A stretch of DNA of 64,000 nucleotides from Aplysia californica (taxonomy: Eukaryota), in the NCBI RefSeq assembly GCF_000002075.1, contig NW_004797376.1, positions 1,191,313-1,255,312 of the forward strand, read 5' to 3'. Both the position numbers and the translations under genes were made by a program. Of this stretch, positions 49,708-61,700 are shown one piece after another. Position 1 is the stretch's first letter. Each line of letters starts with the position of its first letter. The notes under the pieces were generated by a model. It worked only from the letters and a program-made list of their open reading frames with translations. It did no database searches and had not been told where the DNA came from.

Positions 49708-49874
49708 AGTATTTCTGTACATAGTTTCCAGGAAAAGTGCCAAATTGTCCTGTCCTTGCAGAGGTGCCCACATACCATCCGTCGTCACACTTTTCCATCA
49801 CAAAGATTTCATCACCTTCTCGGAGTTCCAGTTCATCTTCACTCTGGGGCCTATATGCATATACAGCTCGATAT
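49708..49874 (-). CDS. SORBS: SORBS/CAP exon: third SH3 domain
   Basis: [21 protein letters not shown]...[23 protein letters not shown]. Acceptor CTCCAG|, donor TAC T|GTAAGT. Confidence 0.95.
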
Positions 49875-49951
49875 CTGGAGACCAATGGTAAATTATAATA
49901 TCAGGAAAATAGATTAATTACATCATACAATTGGTAAAAACCAGAAGAAGA

Positions 49952-50160
49952 GTTTAGTTTTAGTTATAGGAAGAGTTTTACGACACTTGCAATATCAGTT
50001 GGTCATATATATATATATATATAAAGTGCTGAAAATTGGAGGTGCTATTAGAGAGTAACATACCAGTACAAAGAACAGAAGGAGAAGAGATACGGGAAAA
50101 AGATGTTTCAACGGAAAGAAGGAACAGACAACACCAGAGAGCCTGCCAAATCACAGTAAT
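49952..50160 (-). mobile_element. Family A element (further copies ~51533-51705 -, ~53690-53870 +, ~55260-55437 -, ~55635-55835 -)
   Basis: Same body as 31145-31315, flanked by AAAAACCAGAAGAAGA / AAAAACCAGAAAAAGA. Confidence 0.75.
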
Positions 50161-51100
50161 TTCAAAAACCAGAAAAAGAATGACTAACAAAAAAGGATAG
50201 AAGGGTACTGTAAGGTTATATGAATATGATTAATATGAATCAACACTTTAATACAATTTTCTCCGAGACAAAAAAGAAGCGAACTGAAGCAATTCTTTTG
50301 CTCTTGAGATACAGCAGGTCAACAGACAGATCTAACTATTAGACTAGAGGAAACAAAAGACATCCCACAAGGGCCAGCCATCATCAACGTGCTGAACTTT
50401 AATTCTGAGTAAGGAAAAGATATAAAAATTATTTGGAGGGCTCTTGTAGACTAACCGAAAATTATCAGGTAGAAACACTGTGATCTAAACTTGACTTTCA
50501 CATTAGGCAGAGCTTAAAAGATATTGCACCTTGAGCAGAGCAACTAGGAGATGACTCTTTCGGGTCTTAAAGAATGACATATTCGTACAGTTTAGTATTT
50601 AGTAAAGAGAAACACACCGACATAACAACAATCCCTTGGCACCGGAGAGAAGAAAGACAGACAGAAACAACAGAGAGAAAGAAAAGAGGTAAAACCTATC
50701 AGTGGTGTCCTTCAACCACCAGCAATTGGTACAATAAAAGTGTGAGAATGATTAGATTGTTACAGTGTAAAGTTGTGTTCTGGTATAGGCCTATACTAAG
50801 TCACTGAAAAATTACCACGTTGTCATTGATCCCGGTGTAGATTTAACAACACTGTAAGGTTATATATGAGGCGGGACATCCGGATTCAAAATCCATCTCC
50901 AACTGGGTGGAGAGCCTAAAAATCTCCTCAAACCAACTTAAGTTCTGAACTCCCCATTGGGGATTTGAACCAGGGCCATCTGCACTTTAGTCCTACCACA
51001 GTGTCAGGAACAGACAAGCACGTTAGACAGGGATGAGAAATACAGACAACGCGGGAATATCCACCAACCACCCTCCATGAGGACAATCATGCAATCCCAC

Positions 51101-51497
51101 CTTGTTAAAGCTAGGTCATCATCTTTCACTTTGCTGCTACTTGTGGTTCCCATGTTATTCGCTGCTGGGTTTGCCTTGGAGGACATCTCGATGTTCATTT
51201 TCGGCATGGTCGGAGCGGACACAGGCTCTGCGGGTTTCAAACGGTCCAGAGGTCCCCCTTGAAAGCCTTTCCTGGCAGTCTGTGGGCTGAGAGTGTTCTT
51301 CTGGCTTCCATAGATGGTGATTTCTTGGGGTTGTGGTTGAGAGTCATACTGGAAGCGATGCTGGCCCGAGCTGGCTTGTGAAGGGGGGTAGCCGTAGGAG
51401 GGGTCACCCGGCGAGCGAGAGGCAAAGGCGCTGGGGGAGGGCTGGGGAGGTGGGGTGGGTGCTTCCATACTCACGGGGGACAGCATCTCTGGGGTGC
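51101..51497 (-). CDS. SORBS: SORBS/CAP exon: Pro/Ser-rich linker between SH3-2 and SH3-3
   Basis: CTACAG|GC ACC CCA... to ...LALT AG|GTGGGA. Phases (1 in, 2 out) match both neighbours. Confidence 0.88.
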
Positions 51498-52777
51498 CTG
51501 TAGAATAGAGTTGGGAGATTATGAGGGATGAAGTAGTTTGGTTCTAGTTTAATAAATGTTTTATGGCACTTGCAACACAAATGTGTCAAGGATTAGAAGC
51601 GTTACTAGACAGTAGGCTAATCATATTCAAAGGAAAGAAGGAAGAGAGATCAAGATGATAGTGAAAGAAGGAGCAAAGCCCACCAGAGCACTCATCAACA
51701 ATCAATGGGGGTGATTGAGCAGATTGGTGGGTTTATGGATGAACATGTGGATTAGTGGGAGTGAATGATAAGTGTATGTTAAGTTGAGAGGATGGGTGGG
51801 TGAGTGAAATGGTAAATGGGTAAATGGGAGAATGATTGAGTGACTGAATGAGCATGTGAGTGGGTGAAGGGTGAGAGGGGTGAGAAAGTGAATTGGTAAG
51901 TGAGTGAGGGTTTAGTGAGTCAGTGACTGACGGAGAGGTATGTGAGCAAAAGGGTGATTGGATGAGATTCAAGAATGATCACAAAAAAGAAAAGAACCAG
52001 ACAAAGAGCATGTTTTCAAAAAAGGAAGCCCTGCTCACAAGCTAGGCATGGTTAATGCCCTGAAAAGCTTGTCAATGTTACAATTGATCCTTGTCAGAGT
52101 TGAAGCTCTGTCCAACTACAAAATTATTCCAAATGACACCTCTTAACTGACCCCCCTCTTTAACCATCAAACATAACAAAAAGATAGCAGAATTGAAACA
52201 AGTCATGAATAAGTTAGTCCAAGACGCAGGTTAGATTGAGCTACTCTGAATATCTCATGGGCCAAAGCAGGAAACAATAATTTACATAATATTTGTTTTC
52301 TATTCGGTGAAATCAGTTGAAATACTAAAGCTTTCAAAAGTGAGACTAAAACTGCCAATAAATGTATCTATAAAGCCACTTCATGAGATAAAATACATGT
52401 ATTTGACATACGTATTCAAGCTGGGTTAGACACTATTGATTCCAATTTTCAAGACTTTTTCTGCTTTGGTAATATTTGGGGGGTTAATAATTTTTCTTGG
52501 ACAATACGAACATCCTCAGGAAAAAGATTTACATCTCTAAACCTGTGTGTTTACAAGTTATTGTTCCTGCAGTCCATCACAGATCCCTTGACACTTCTAA
52601 TATTGTTGGAAAAAGTAAAAAATCCAGAAAAAAAATAGTTTTGTTTTTACTAAATATCAACTCACGGCAGACCACGTTTATTATCAATTACTGGGTCGAC
52701 TTGTGGGCCACACTGAATGCTCATAGGTCGGATTTGGCCTGCAGGCTGCAGTTTGCCTAAGTCTGCTCTAAACTCAC

Positions 52778-52940
52778 CAGTCATTGGGGTGCATATGACA
52801 GAGGGTGCTGGTGTGATGAGTGGAGTCGACGGCTCACGTATCACCTCCACGTATGTGACCGGGAAGATCCCTTGGCGACCTCCGACCTTGCCTTCGAACC
52901 AGTTGTCGTCCACTCTTCGTAGCAAGGTCACAAACTCTCC
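52778..52940 (-). CDS. SORBS: SORBS/CAP exon: second half of SH3-2
   Basis: [33 protein letters not shown]. Donor G|GTGAGT. Confidence 0.95.
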
Positions 52941-53338
52941 CTGAAGTTTTGAAAAAAGGAGGAAGAAACACCCATCAGCAAATATTGAGAAAAAAGGTTA
53001 CTGATGAAAGGAAAGTATGCTATGATGAAAAGGAGAAATAAGTAGCTAAATGCAGACAGACTAAAAAGTACTAAATCACACAGTATGTGACTTCCAAAGT
53101 TTGCATGTCCTTGGAAACTGTACATTTACATTTTAAGAGCATTTGACCAATGGTTTTCAGTAAAATCCACTCATAAATATATTTTTAAGTGGACGTAAAA
53201 TGTGCTGAATCCAGAGAAAAAAAATGGAAAAAATATTGCTCTACTGGTGAAAAATCTGATTTCAATGTTTGACGAAAGCCTGATTTCACCACAATACCAC
53301 ACAAACACTTCATAGAAACACTAGTACAAAGCATTCAC

Positions 53339-53449
53339 CTTTCGCAGGGAGAGCTCAACTGTTGACTGTCCAGTGAAATTGTACTTGGCACGGGCCTGGC
53401 CCTCTGCATCCAAGGCTGCTGTTCTGGCAGCTTCGATAGAGGTGAGGAC
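53339..53449 (-). CDS. SORBS: SORBS/CAP exon: SH3-1/SH3-2 junction
   Basis: VLTSIEAARTAALDAEGQARAKYNFTGQSTVELSLRK, 111 bp, phase 0/0. Not in the ORF track. Confidence 0.93.
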
Positions 53450-53958
53450 CTGGGTGCAGAGAAAAGCATAAACATAAACAAAAAACCCTTTAAAAAAAAA
53501 AATCCATCTCCTACTTTGTAAAAGTTGGTAGGTTGGTGTTTTATTAGTGACTTTTTAATATTGTAGCTCTGTTAACTAAAGATGAAAAATGCAAAACGTA
53601 ATTTGAGGAAGAAGTATTGCGACTTTCTAATATAAGTTGAAAGTTCTACAGAAGTTTTATAGTGCTCATTTCTAATATACAACATCGAGAGTTCTCATGT
53701 CGTTTGCTCCTTCTTTCCTATCAAACATCTATCATCCTCATCTTCTCTCCTTTTTTTCTTTGTATGTAACTCTCTCGTGATACCTCTACCTCTAATAATT
53801 AGCACTTAATATGACCTATATACATGTTGCAATAAGTGCGGTAAAAATGTAACACCAACTAAACTGAACTAAATGACATTTTCTATAGGTCGTTTCCACT
53901 ATATAAGCCTATATATGTCTGATGCCGTGATTTCCTGCAGTTCCTCCATAGCTCTCAC

Positions 53959-54073
53959 CTCCACATAGTTGACTGGGAAGATGCCAACCATTCCATGGTG
54001 CTCTCCCTCGAACCAGTTCTTGTCTATTTGTCGAAGCAAGTACAGCAAGTCTCCTTTTCTGAATGAGAGCTCC
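53959..54073 (-). CDS. SORBS: SORBS/CAP exon: SH3-1 core
   Basis: [38 protein letters not shown]. Donor GAG|GTGAGA. Confidence 0.95.
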
Positions 54074-54390
54074 CTGAGCAGGAAGGAAAAATCAAAATCC
54101 CCAAATATTATTTGTTTTTTTGAGTGAAGCGAAGCCCATCGACACAATATTGGTCATTTGGTGCATGGGAAAAAGTAAAATAGAAGGACAGAAACAAAAG
54201 AGGGAAAGAAAAGAAATAAGAACTACCAGAGAAGCCCTTCAATCACCTAACAAGTACTGTTTTGTTTATTTACTGCTTATTATTAGGTCACATATCAGCA
54301 TGGTTCTTAACTGTGACCACAAAACTTTCCTTGGACATATCTCCAAAAATAATTTTTTTTAAACAGTCAGTCTCACAAGCCTATACTCAC

Positions 54391-54618
54391 CTTGGGTTCT
54401 GGGCAGTGAAGTTGAAGATGGCTTTAGCTTTGCCCTGTATCTGGAAGCCTCGCCTCCTCTCTGGGGGTACGCTCAGGGTCGCGGTCAGAGTGGATGTCTG
54501 CACACCTGCTGGTGACCGGGCGGCTGCCTGGGAGGAGGTTTGTTGTCCTGGTCTGGCTGCAACAGGCTCTGGAAGCTCGTCAAAGCGGTTCGGGGAGATG
54601 GGAGATTTCTGGCTGGGG
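54391..54618 (-). CDS. SORBS: SORBS/CAP exon: pre-SH3 region and SH3-1 start
   Basis: PSQKSPISPNRFDE...GKAKAIFNFTAQNP. The PSQKSPI..NR.D motif is characteristic of invertebrate CAP. Confidence 0.92.
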
Positions 54619-55455
54619 CTGTGGGGAGATGAGCTTCATGTTAGTAAATTCAGAGAATAAAAAACAAACAACTACAAGAAACAAAGAAGAAACAAAGAAG
54701 AAACAAAGGGGGAAAAAAGTTTTATAAAGGTTGATTCAGGGAGCAGAGAGAAATTTTTAAAAAAGAAAGGGACACAAAAGGCAGGAAAAGGGGCAAGTTA
54801 AAAATAATTATACCGAAGTAGGAAAAAAGATAGAAAAAAAATGTCAGACAGTGAGCTTTTTGTCTGCTAAAACAACAATACAGGAAGACAAGGGGGGAAA
54901 AAAACCCCAACAAAAGTATGAGCAAAAATGAGTTAAACCTCTCTATTAACATTTAATATTCGAGTTGTCTGCACAGCAGTCTGGCATTATACCAACTGGC
55001 TATCAGCACCCACTCCTTCCTCCCAAACCCACTCCTCCCTTAACACAATATTCCCTTGGTTTTGAGTTTGAGTAAAGAGAAGCACATATTCACATTGACA
55101 CAATAATGATGTATTTTATCTTATCTTACAATAACGGTCATAATATAGTGCCGGGAAGAAGCGAAACAGATAGGCAGAAACAACAGAAGAAAAGAAAAAA
55201 AGTAAGACCTACCAGTGGTGCTTTCCAACCATCTAAATTCTCCATGGTATGCACGTCTCTGTTTTAATAACAATTTTACCACTCTTGCAACAGAATTTGG
55301 TCATATAAGCACTGAAAATTAGACGTGTTGCAAGAGAGTTACAAACACAAAAAATAAAGGGGAGAGAAAACTGGACGATAGACATTTGATAGGAAAGAAG
55401 GAGAAAACCATACAAGAGCACCCGCCAATCACCCACGCAGGACTCTGAAACTCAC

Positions 55456-55541
55456 CTGAAGTAGTCATGGTGCCTCCTTGCTGCGTCCTTCTCCGCCTCC
55501 AGCTGAATCCTCTTCCTGCGCTCTTCCTCATACAGTTGTTC
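55456..55541 (-). CDS. SORBS: SORBS/CAP exon: charged helix before the SH3s
   Basis: EQLYEEERRKRIQLEAEKDAARRHHDYF(S). Bounded by TTCAG| and AG|GTGAGT. Confidence 0.9.
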
Positions 55542-58500
55542 CTGAACACACAAATGGCAACAGGTCAAGATCGCACAATGAGTTTTGAGTGCAACAACCA
55601 TCTCATTCTGCTTTTCTTTCTTTTTTTTTTTAAAGTTAACTTTGAGTAAAAGTTTTACAGCATTTGCAACGGTTTATTTTTATTGCTGTTGTTTGTTTTG
55701 TCTTACATGAATAAATGCCCAAGATTTGAGATGTTACATAAGAGGGACAAACACAAAAAAGGAGGAAGAGAGATAATAGATACTAGATTGGAAAGAAGGA
55801 GCAAACCACTCCAGAGCATCCGCCAAGTACCCGCACTCATTTTGTCAAATTGCCACAGTAATAGTCAAAGTGAAATATAATCCACGCTTCGCGCCCCACA
55901 ATCGACGACCACAGCATGCAGTTTCCTGTAATTGTAAGACTTAAATTGCACTAGCTGCAACCCCACTGTGACCCCCATGGTGATCCCTGATGTTGCGCAC
56001 CAAGTCAATCAATTTAATAGAGGGGTTTCTTCTTTATCATGATTTTATCTACGTTCTTACACCCTCATCAATACAATTTAGATCATTTAGGAGGTAGGCT
56101 TCAGACTTTGCTTTTCAGGGCCTACTTGGGATGAGAGGGAGAGATACAACATCCCAGCAGAAAGACGGAGATACTCAATAAAAATTTTTCTCCCCAGTTG
56201 GTAATCCAACTCAGGTCTCGTGCCTGTGACAGTAAAGCATCTAACAGCTGCACATACATGCCGGTGGGTTTGTTCCGAATAAGTAGCCCACATGTAGAGA
56301 TAATGAACAAGTTACATTCCACTTTATTGATCCCTGCGGGGGAAATTTCATTTATAATTGCACACATGAACACATAAACACACCTGCATATATAATATGT
56401 GAATAAATTTTATGTACAACAATTCATCGACGTTACATTATCTACTCTAAAGACCTAGATTGCTAAACGATTCTGGTGGGACGGTCTGTTCAGGTATCAT
56501 TCAATGTTAAGCATGACAGCGGCTGATTTCCATGATTTTGAGCTTAAGAATTAATCAAAATCATTGTAAATTTCGAGTGATATATATTATTATATTTATG
56601 TATCATTGTAAAACACTTCCAAATTACGTCATACCGTTCCAACTATTTCACTTTTTTAAAATACGAGACATAAGCCTCAGCAGTTCAGTGTAAGTTCAAA
56701 GCCGTACAGAGAAGAACAAACGATTTGGGGGTGGTTTTTTTTCGTTTTTTGTTTTTATTGTTGCTGTTTGTATGCTTGTTTTCTTTTCTTTTTTCTTTCT
56801 ATTTTTTTTTTCAGAAAGGGGGTGGGNNNNNNNNNNNNNNNNNNNNNNNNNNNNNNNNNNNNNNNNNNNNNNNNNNNNNNNNNNNNNNNNNNNNNNNNNN
56901 NNNNNNNNNNNNNNNNNNNNNNNNNNGGGGGGGGGATTAATAATCCCTGGATTAAAAATCAAGACGAGGCAAAACTTGAGAAAATCAATTTCAATTTTGC
57001 AGTGCAAATCCGTTGTGAGTGAGTCTGCATTTGATTGCAAATCCATGCAATGTAAACAATAGAAGCATAGAAGCTAAAAAAAAAAGAATTTTCCTTGAGA
57101 AGCTGAGAAATGAGCCTTTGTTCAAGAGGCCTTTGCCCGAGCCCAAAATGCCGTGCACAATGAAGATGAAATAGAAGAAAAACAGCTATACGATAAGAAA
57201 GGTGGGAAAAAGTAAAATTAAGATGCGAAAGAAGAATGGGAACATTCTTTGGCATGAGAATATTTATTCAACATTTTAAAGATTTTAACGAGTAGAATGA
57301 CAATTTCACTTGCATGAATGTCATTAAATCTTAGGCAAATGCTTTTTAAAAACAATACTCAAAGAGTTACAACCATTTTCGTCAACCCAAAGAAAAAATC
57401 CTAGAAAACTCACTCAACGACAGAAAAGCGGTAAAATAAAATATAGATAGCTCCCTCTGTCGCAGAGTATAAAGAAAGCAGTGACGCACACCATACAAAT
57501 ACGAAGAGTATAACGGAGAAATGGCATTAGTCACAATCTGAAATTTTGTTGTCTTTGTCCGTTTTGATCCATTGTTTGTCGAAAAATACCATTTATTTTA
57601 TTAGAAACATCTGCAGTCACGCATTTTTTACTATTATTTTCTATACAGGTGTTTTTACGCCCCAATCGACACAATTTGGATCCTCGGTAGTCACGCACTC
57701 GTGGCATGTCTAAAATAAAAATACGTAGAAAGAACTACAATAGTCCCTACGAACTCGTGAAAGAATGACACTTAGATTTACTCCACACTTTTCCTGTAAC
57801 TCATGCCATTTTCCCGCTGACAATTTTTAAGTATCAGAATACACGGTGATATATGTTTTTTTGACATGGGTGATCATGTGATGACTTGCCAGCTTTGACA
57901 GAAAGTTATAAACTTTACTGAATACATTGGAGCAAGGAGTCGGAGGATTTGGGTTGGGGAAGGGGTTTGAAGAGGTGGGGGAGGACTCAGTGGCTTGTAA
58001 GTTCAGGCTCACAATAATGTCACGTGTTTGTCGGTGTCACGGAGTTTTAGTGGGTGGTCATTGTGGTGTCCTTGTTCATGTTCACAACTTTATCCTAAAT
58101 CGTAATTTGATTGGTATGGTATGAGTTCATCGCTCTTTTCGACACTGAAAGGTTACTTGAATATCTTGCTGTAACATGCTAAAAATAACATATAAAGCAA
58201 AAGTGACAGAGGTCGACGAGTGGTCATTCATGGGTGGGTGTCTTGGAGCAAGACACATTAACCAAAGCTTGAAACCCCCCTACTCGCCNNNNNNNNNNNN
58301 NNNNNNNNNNNNNNNNNNNNNNNNNNNNNNNNNNNNNNNNNNNNNNNNNNNNNNNNNNNNNNNNNNNNNNNNNNNNNNNNNNNNNNNNGGGGGTACTAGA
58401 GCATAACTGACCAAAACCAAGGCCACGTTGACATTTTGTTTTGCACAAAAAATAATAAGTGACTTTGATAAAAGACATAAAAACACCAGCATAGCACACA

Positions 58501-58716
58501 CCAATGTCCATAAGCAACGCCACAATATCCTCGTCCACACAAGAGGGAGAAAAGGAAAAAGAAAACGATGTGCTTATAAAAAAAAAGAATGAACAATGAA
58601 GAAAAGAAAATTCTAAAAATGGACAGACGAATAAATAAATACATGCACGCTATCAAAATGTACAATTAATACACAAACTTATACACACGAGGTTTAATTA
58701 AAATGAGATCTCATAC

Positions 58717-61700
58717 CTTGCTGGTGCACCCATGCTGACACTAAGTGAGTTTTTCCCACTTTCTTGCCATTGCGCTCTCTGCGCTCGACATTATCCGGAT
58801 GGGGTCCGGTAGTAGACACATTCCGCTGGAGGTCTCGATTGCTCCTGTGTTTGTCTTCTGGTTGAGGATAGTTGTGCCCCTTTTGAACATTGTCTCCGGC
58901 TTTTGGTACGCTGGATATTTCAGAAGCTGTTGTGTCAGGCTTTTCTTTGTCGAAGCGGCGCTGTGGATCTCTCTTGGGTATTTCCGGCGCCGTCTGCTTA
59001 TGATCGTTGGAGACGGTTGTACCATGGCGTGAAAACGACGTGCTGGATGAGGATGCTACACTGCCGGAACGAACCACGGAGTCTTTTGGAGATTGGCGTG
59101 GCAATGGTGAAAGTCTTTGAGTCTGGTGAGATTGGTAGTTGTGGGGAGGATGCGGATACGGTGGTGGTGGACCTCGGTGGTGGTGGTGGGCTGGTGAGTC
59201 ATGAAGCTGGTAGAGGTGGGATGAATGATACGCAGGAGGTGGTGGGTGAGAGAGATGGCGATGGGCGGAAGAGTCGCGTGAAGTTGAAGCTGCCTGCAAA
59301 GATGACCCCGAGGACGACTCTGGATGTTGTGTTTCGGAAGCTTCTGTCACTGTGGTACTTCCTGAAACGCGACTCCTTTGAGACAAAGTCCGACTACGCT
59401 GATCAAAACTACTGCTACTCACTTCCGACAGACTCTGACTGCTCAGTTCAGACAGTGCGCGGCTCCTCTGCTCAGATCTATCTGCATCGGCGCCAGAGAA
59501 GGCCGCGCTTCTGTCCGAGAAACTACTCTTACCTCTCGCAGAATCAGGACTTTCATAAAATGGTTGGTCACTGTCAACTGAGGAGGCCTTTCCCAGTTCT
59601 ATTTTCATGTCGTCAGTCTCGTAGCGAGAGCCAACGTGAGATTTCAGTTTATTCCCTCTCGGCACAGACCTCTCTATGTGCGTCACTGAGGGTTTTAACC
59701 CACTGGAAAAGCTGTCCGCTCCTTGTTCACGATCAGGCAGACTCCGCGAGCTCGAATGCCTAGACTCACCAGTCTGCCACTCATGCCCGATGTGATCGAA
59801 ATATTCCAGTGTCATTTTGCTGGCGTTAGAAGGGGAGTGATATTTCTTGCGAGGGACATCCAATTTCTTTCCTTCTTTGGCTCCCTCCACTTCTTTATAG
59901 ATGTCGTCTGGAGGAATATACGGATCGTATTTGCTCGGTGCGGGGACAGAAGGAGAAAATCGACGTCCTACATAAAGTCTTTCATCGTGACCATTGTTCG
60001 AAGGATCCTGCACTCTGGGGATTGTGCTAGGAGCCCCCTCAGGGTACATCTTTTTTTTCCCAACTTCATCATCTGCGCTCACGTACCCAGAAGGTTGCCG
60101 GTAACTTCTAACCACAGGTCTGCTCGGCCGTGAAAAAGTGCTTCCTGTTTTTTCTCTGTGTTCAAATACTTCTCTCCTCGATGCCACATCTTCAGATTCG
60201 TTACGAGGCAGTGACCGTGACCTAGTTGGTGTTGCCGAGCTACTGGCGTAATTTCCCCTCCTCTCCACAGACACAGATAAATCTGGCACGGATTTTGTCC
60301 GATATATGAGCTTTTTTGACTCTTCTATCTTTTCTTCAAATACATTTTTCAGTTGCGATACAGACTGCTTCGATTTTATTAACGTCCTCGAATAAGAATT
60401 TCGAGGGAGGCTGAATGCTTGAGAGGAAGAGGGTTCATATTTTTTTCCGTGCTCTGATTTTGCTACACTGGAAGATATCCTTCCAACAGAACTTTCCAGG
60501 TTGGATATTCTCTCAAAAGTAGTCTCTTTACCACTTTCTGAGAACCCACTGAGAGGAACACGACTCTGGACATTTTTAGAGCTATTCAAGGGAGCATTCT
60601 CGAGTTTCCTCTCGTTCACAGTTTGGACATTTTGTCCTGGCATGGACCGAAGATGGTCATTTCCGTGACTATCATCCAAACCTTCAGAGCTGGAATAGTA
60701 GCCCGAGAGACCGCAGTTGCCGTCAGAATACTCGTAAGGCGAGTCTTTGGAGCTGGATAGGACTTGCGAGGTGTCCGGAGTGCTACTCTCCCCTGCCCAC
60801 CTCCGCTCATACTCGCTGTTGTTCACAATAAAAGTCCCTGTGCTCCCGTCTGAGGAGTATGACGCACTTGGCGAGCTGTCAGCTTCCGGATAAGATGTGC
60901 TCATATCCCTTAGATCATTCCACTTTCGTAACTGTCCGTACTGAGTATTCAATGAGAAATTATTTACGATTGAACTCTCCACATTGCTATTATGTACGTT
61001 GGAAGGCGGTTGTTGGGATACAAAAGTACTTTCTCCACCTTCTCCAAACGCTTCCTTTCCATTATTATTATACACCTTAGCTTCCAGCTCTCTCAGCCTC
61101 TGTCGGACACTATCGTTAGGAAGGTCCAGACCTGACGCTGCAGAAGGCACTTTAGTCTGCTGCACCGATGATGAATTTGAATTCTTTCGCGGTAACGGCT
61201 TTGGGGGACTAAGGGGTAAATACTGATCTGGAGTCGTCACTTCTGTATCTCCGTCCATCCACAAAGACGAAGAAGCAATGGCAGCCTGGGGTATCCTTGG
61301 GTGTGGAATCGGCTTGGGGGTTTCTTCACTCAATGAATCCGGGTGTTTCATGCGAGGGAATTTGTTCGTTGCAAACTCATTGTTTCTGGCCAAGCCTCGT
61401 AAGTTTGTAACTTTGAACGTGGTCTTGGTCTCGTCACTCTGAGCTTCCCTCGCGGAGTTGCTCTTGTATACGTACGAACTCCCTGACCTAGATACATTAA
61501 CGTCAGCATTATAAACGGTGGGCCCTTCCTTATGCTCCCGTTGAAAACTGTCCGTTGACCTTCGCCTTTTAGGGGAATCTTTAGCTTCTATCTGAACAAT
61601 GTCTGGCATGTTATTTTCAATGGATACCTTAGCGTTAATCACGGGTGCCGTCACCGACTTACTCATGCTGGGTTGTTTTTCTCCATGTTGTTTAGCATCT

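Noticed and set aside
51700-51970. H/S/P-rich ORF 51733-51972
   Set aside because: Degenerate (GAGT/GAAT)n simple repeat in an intron.
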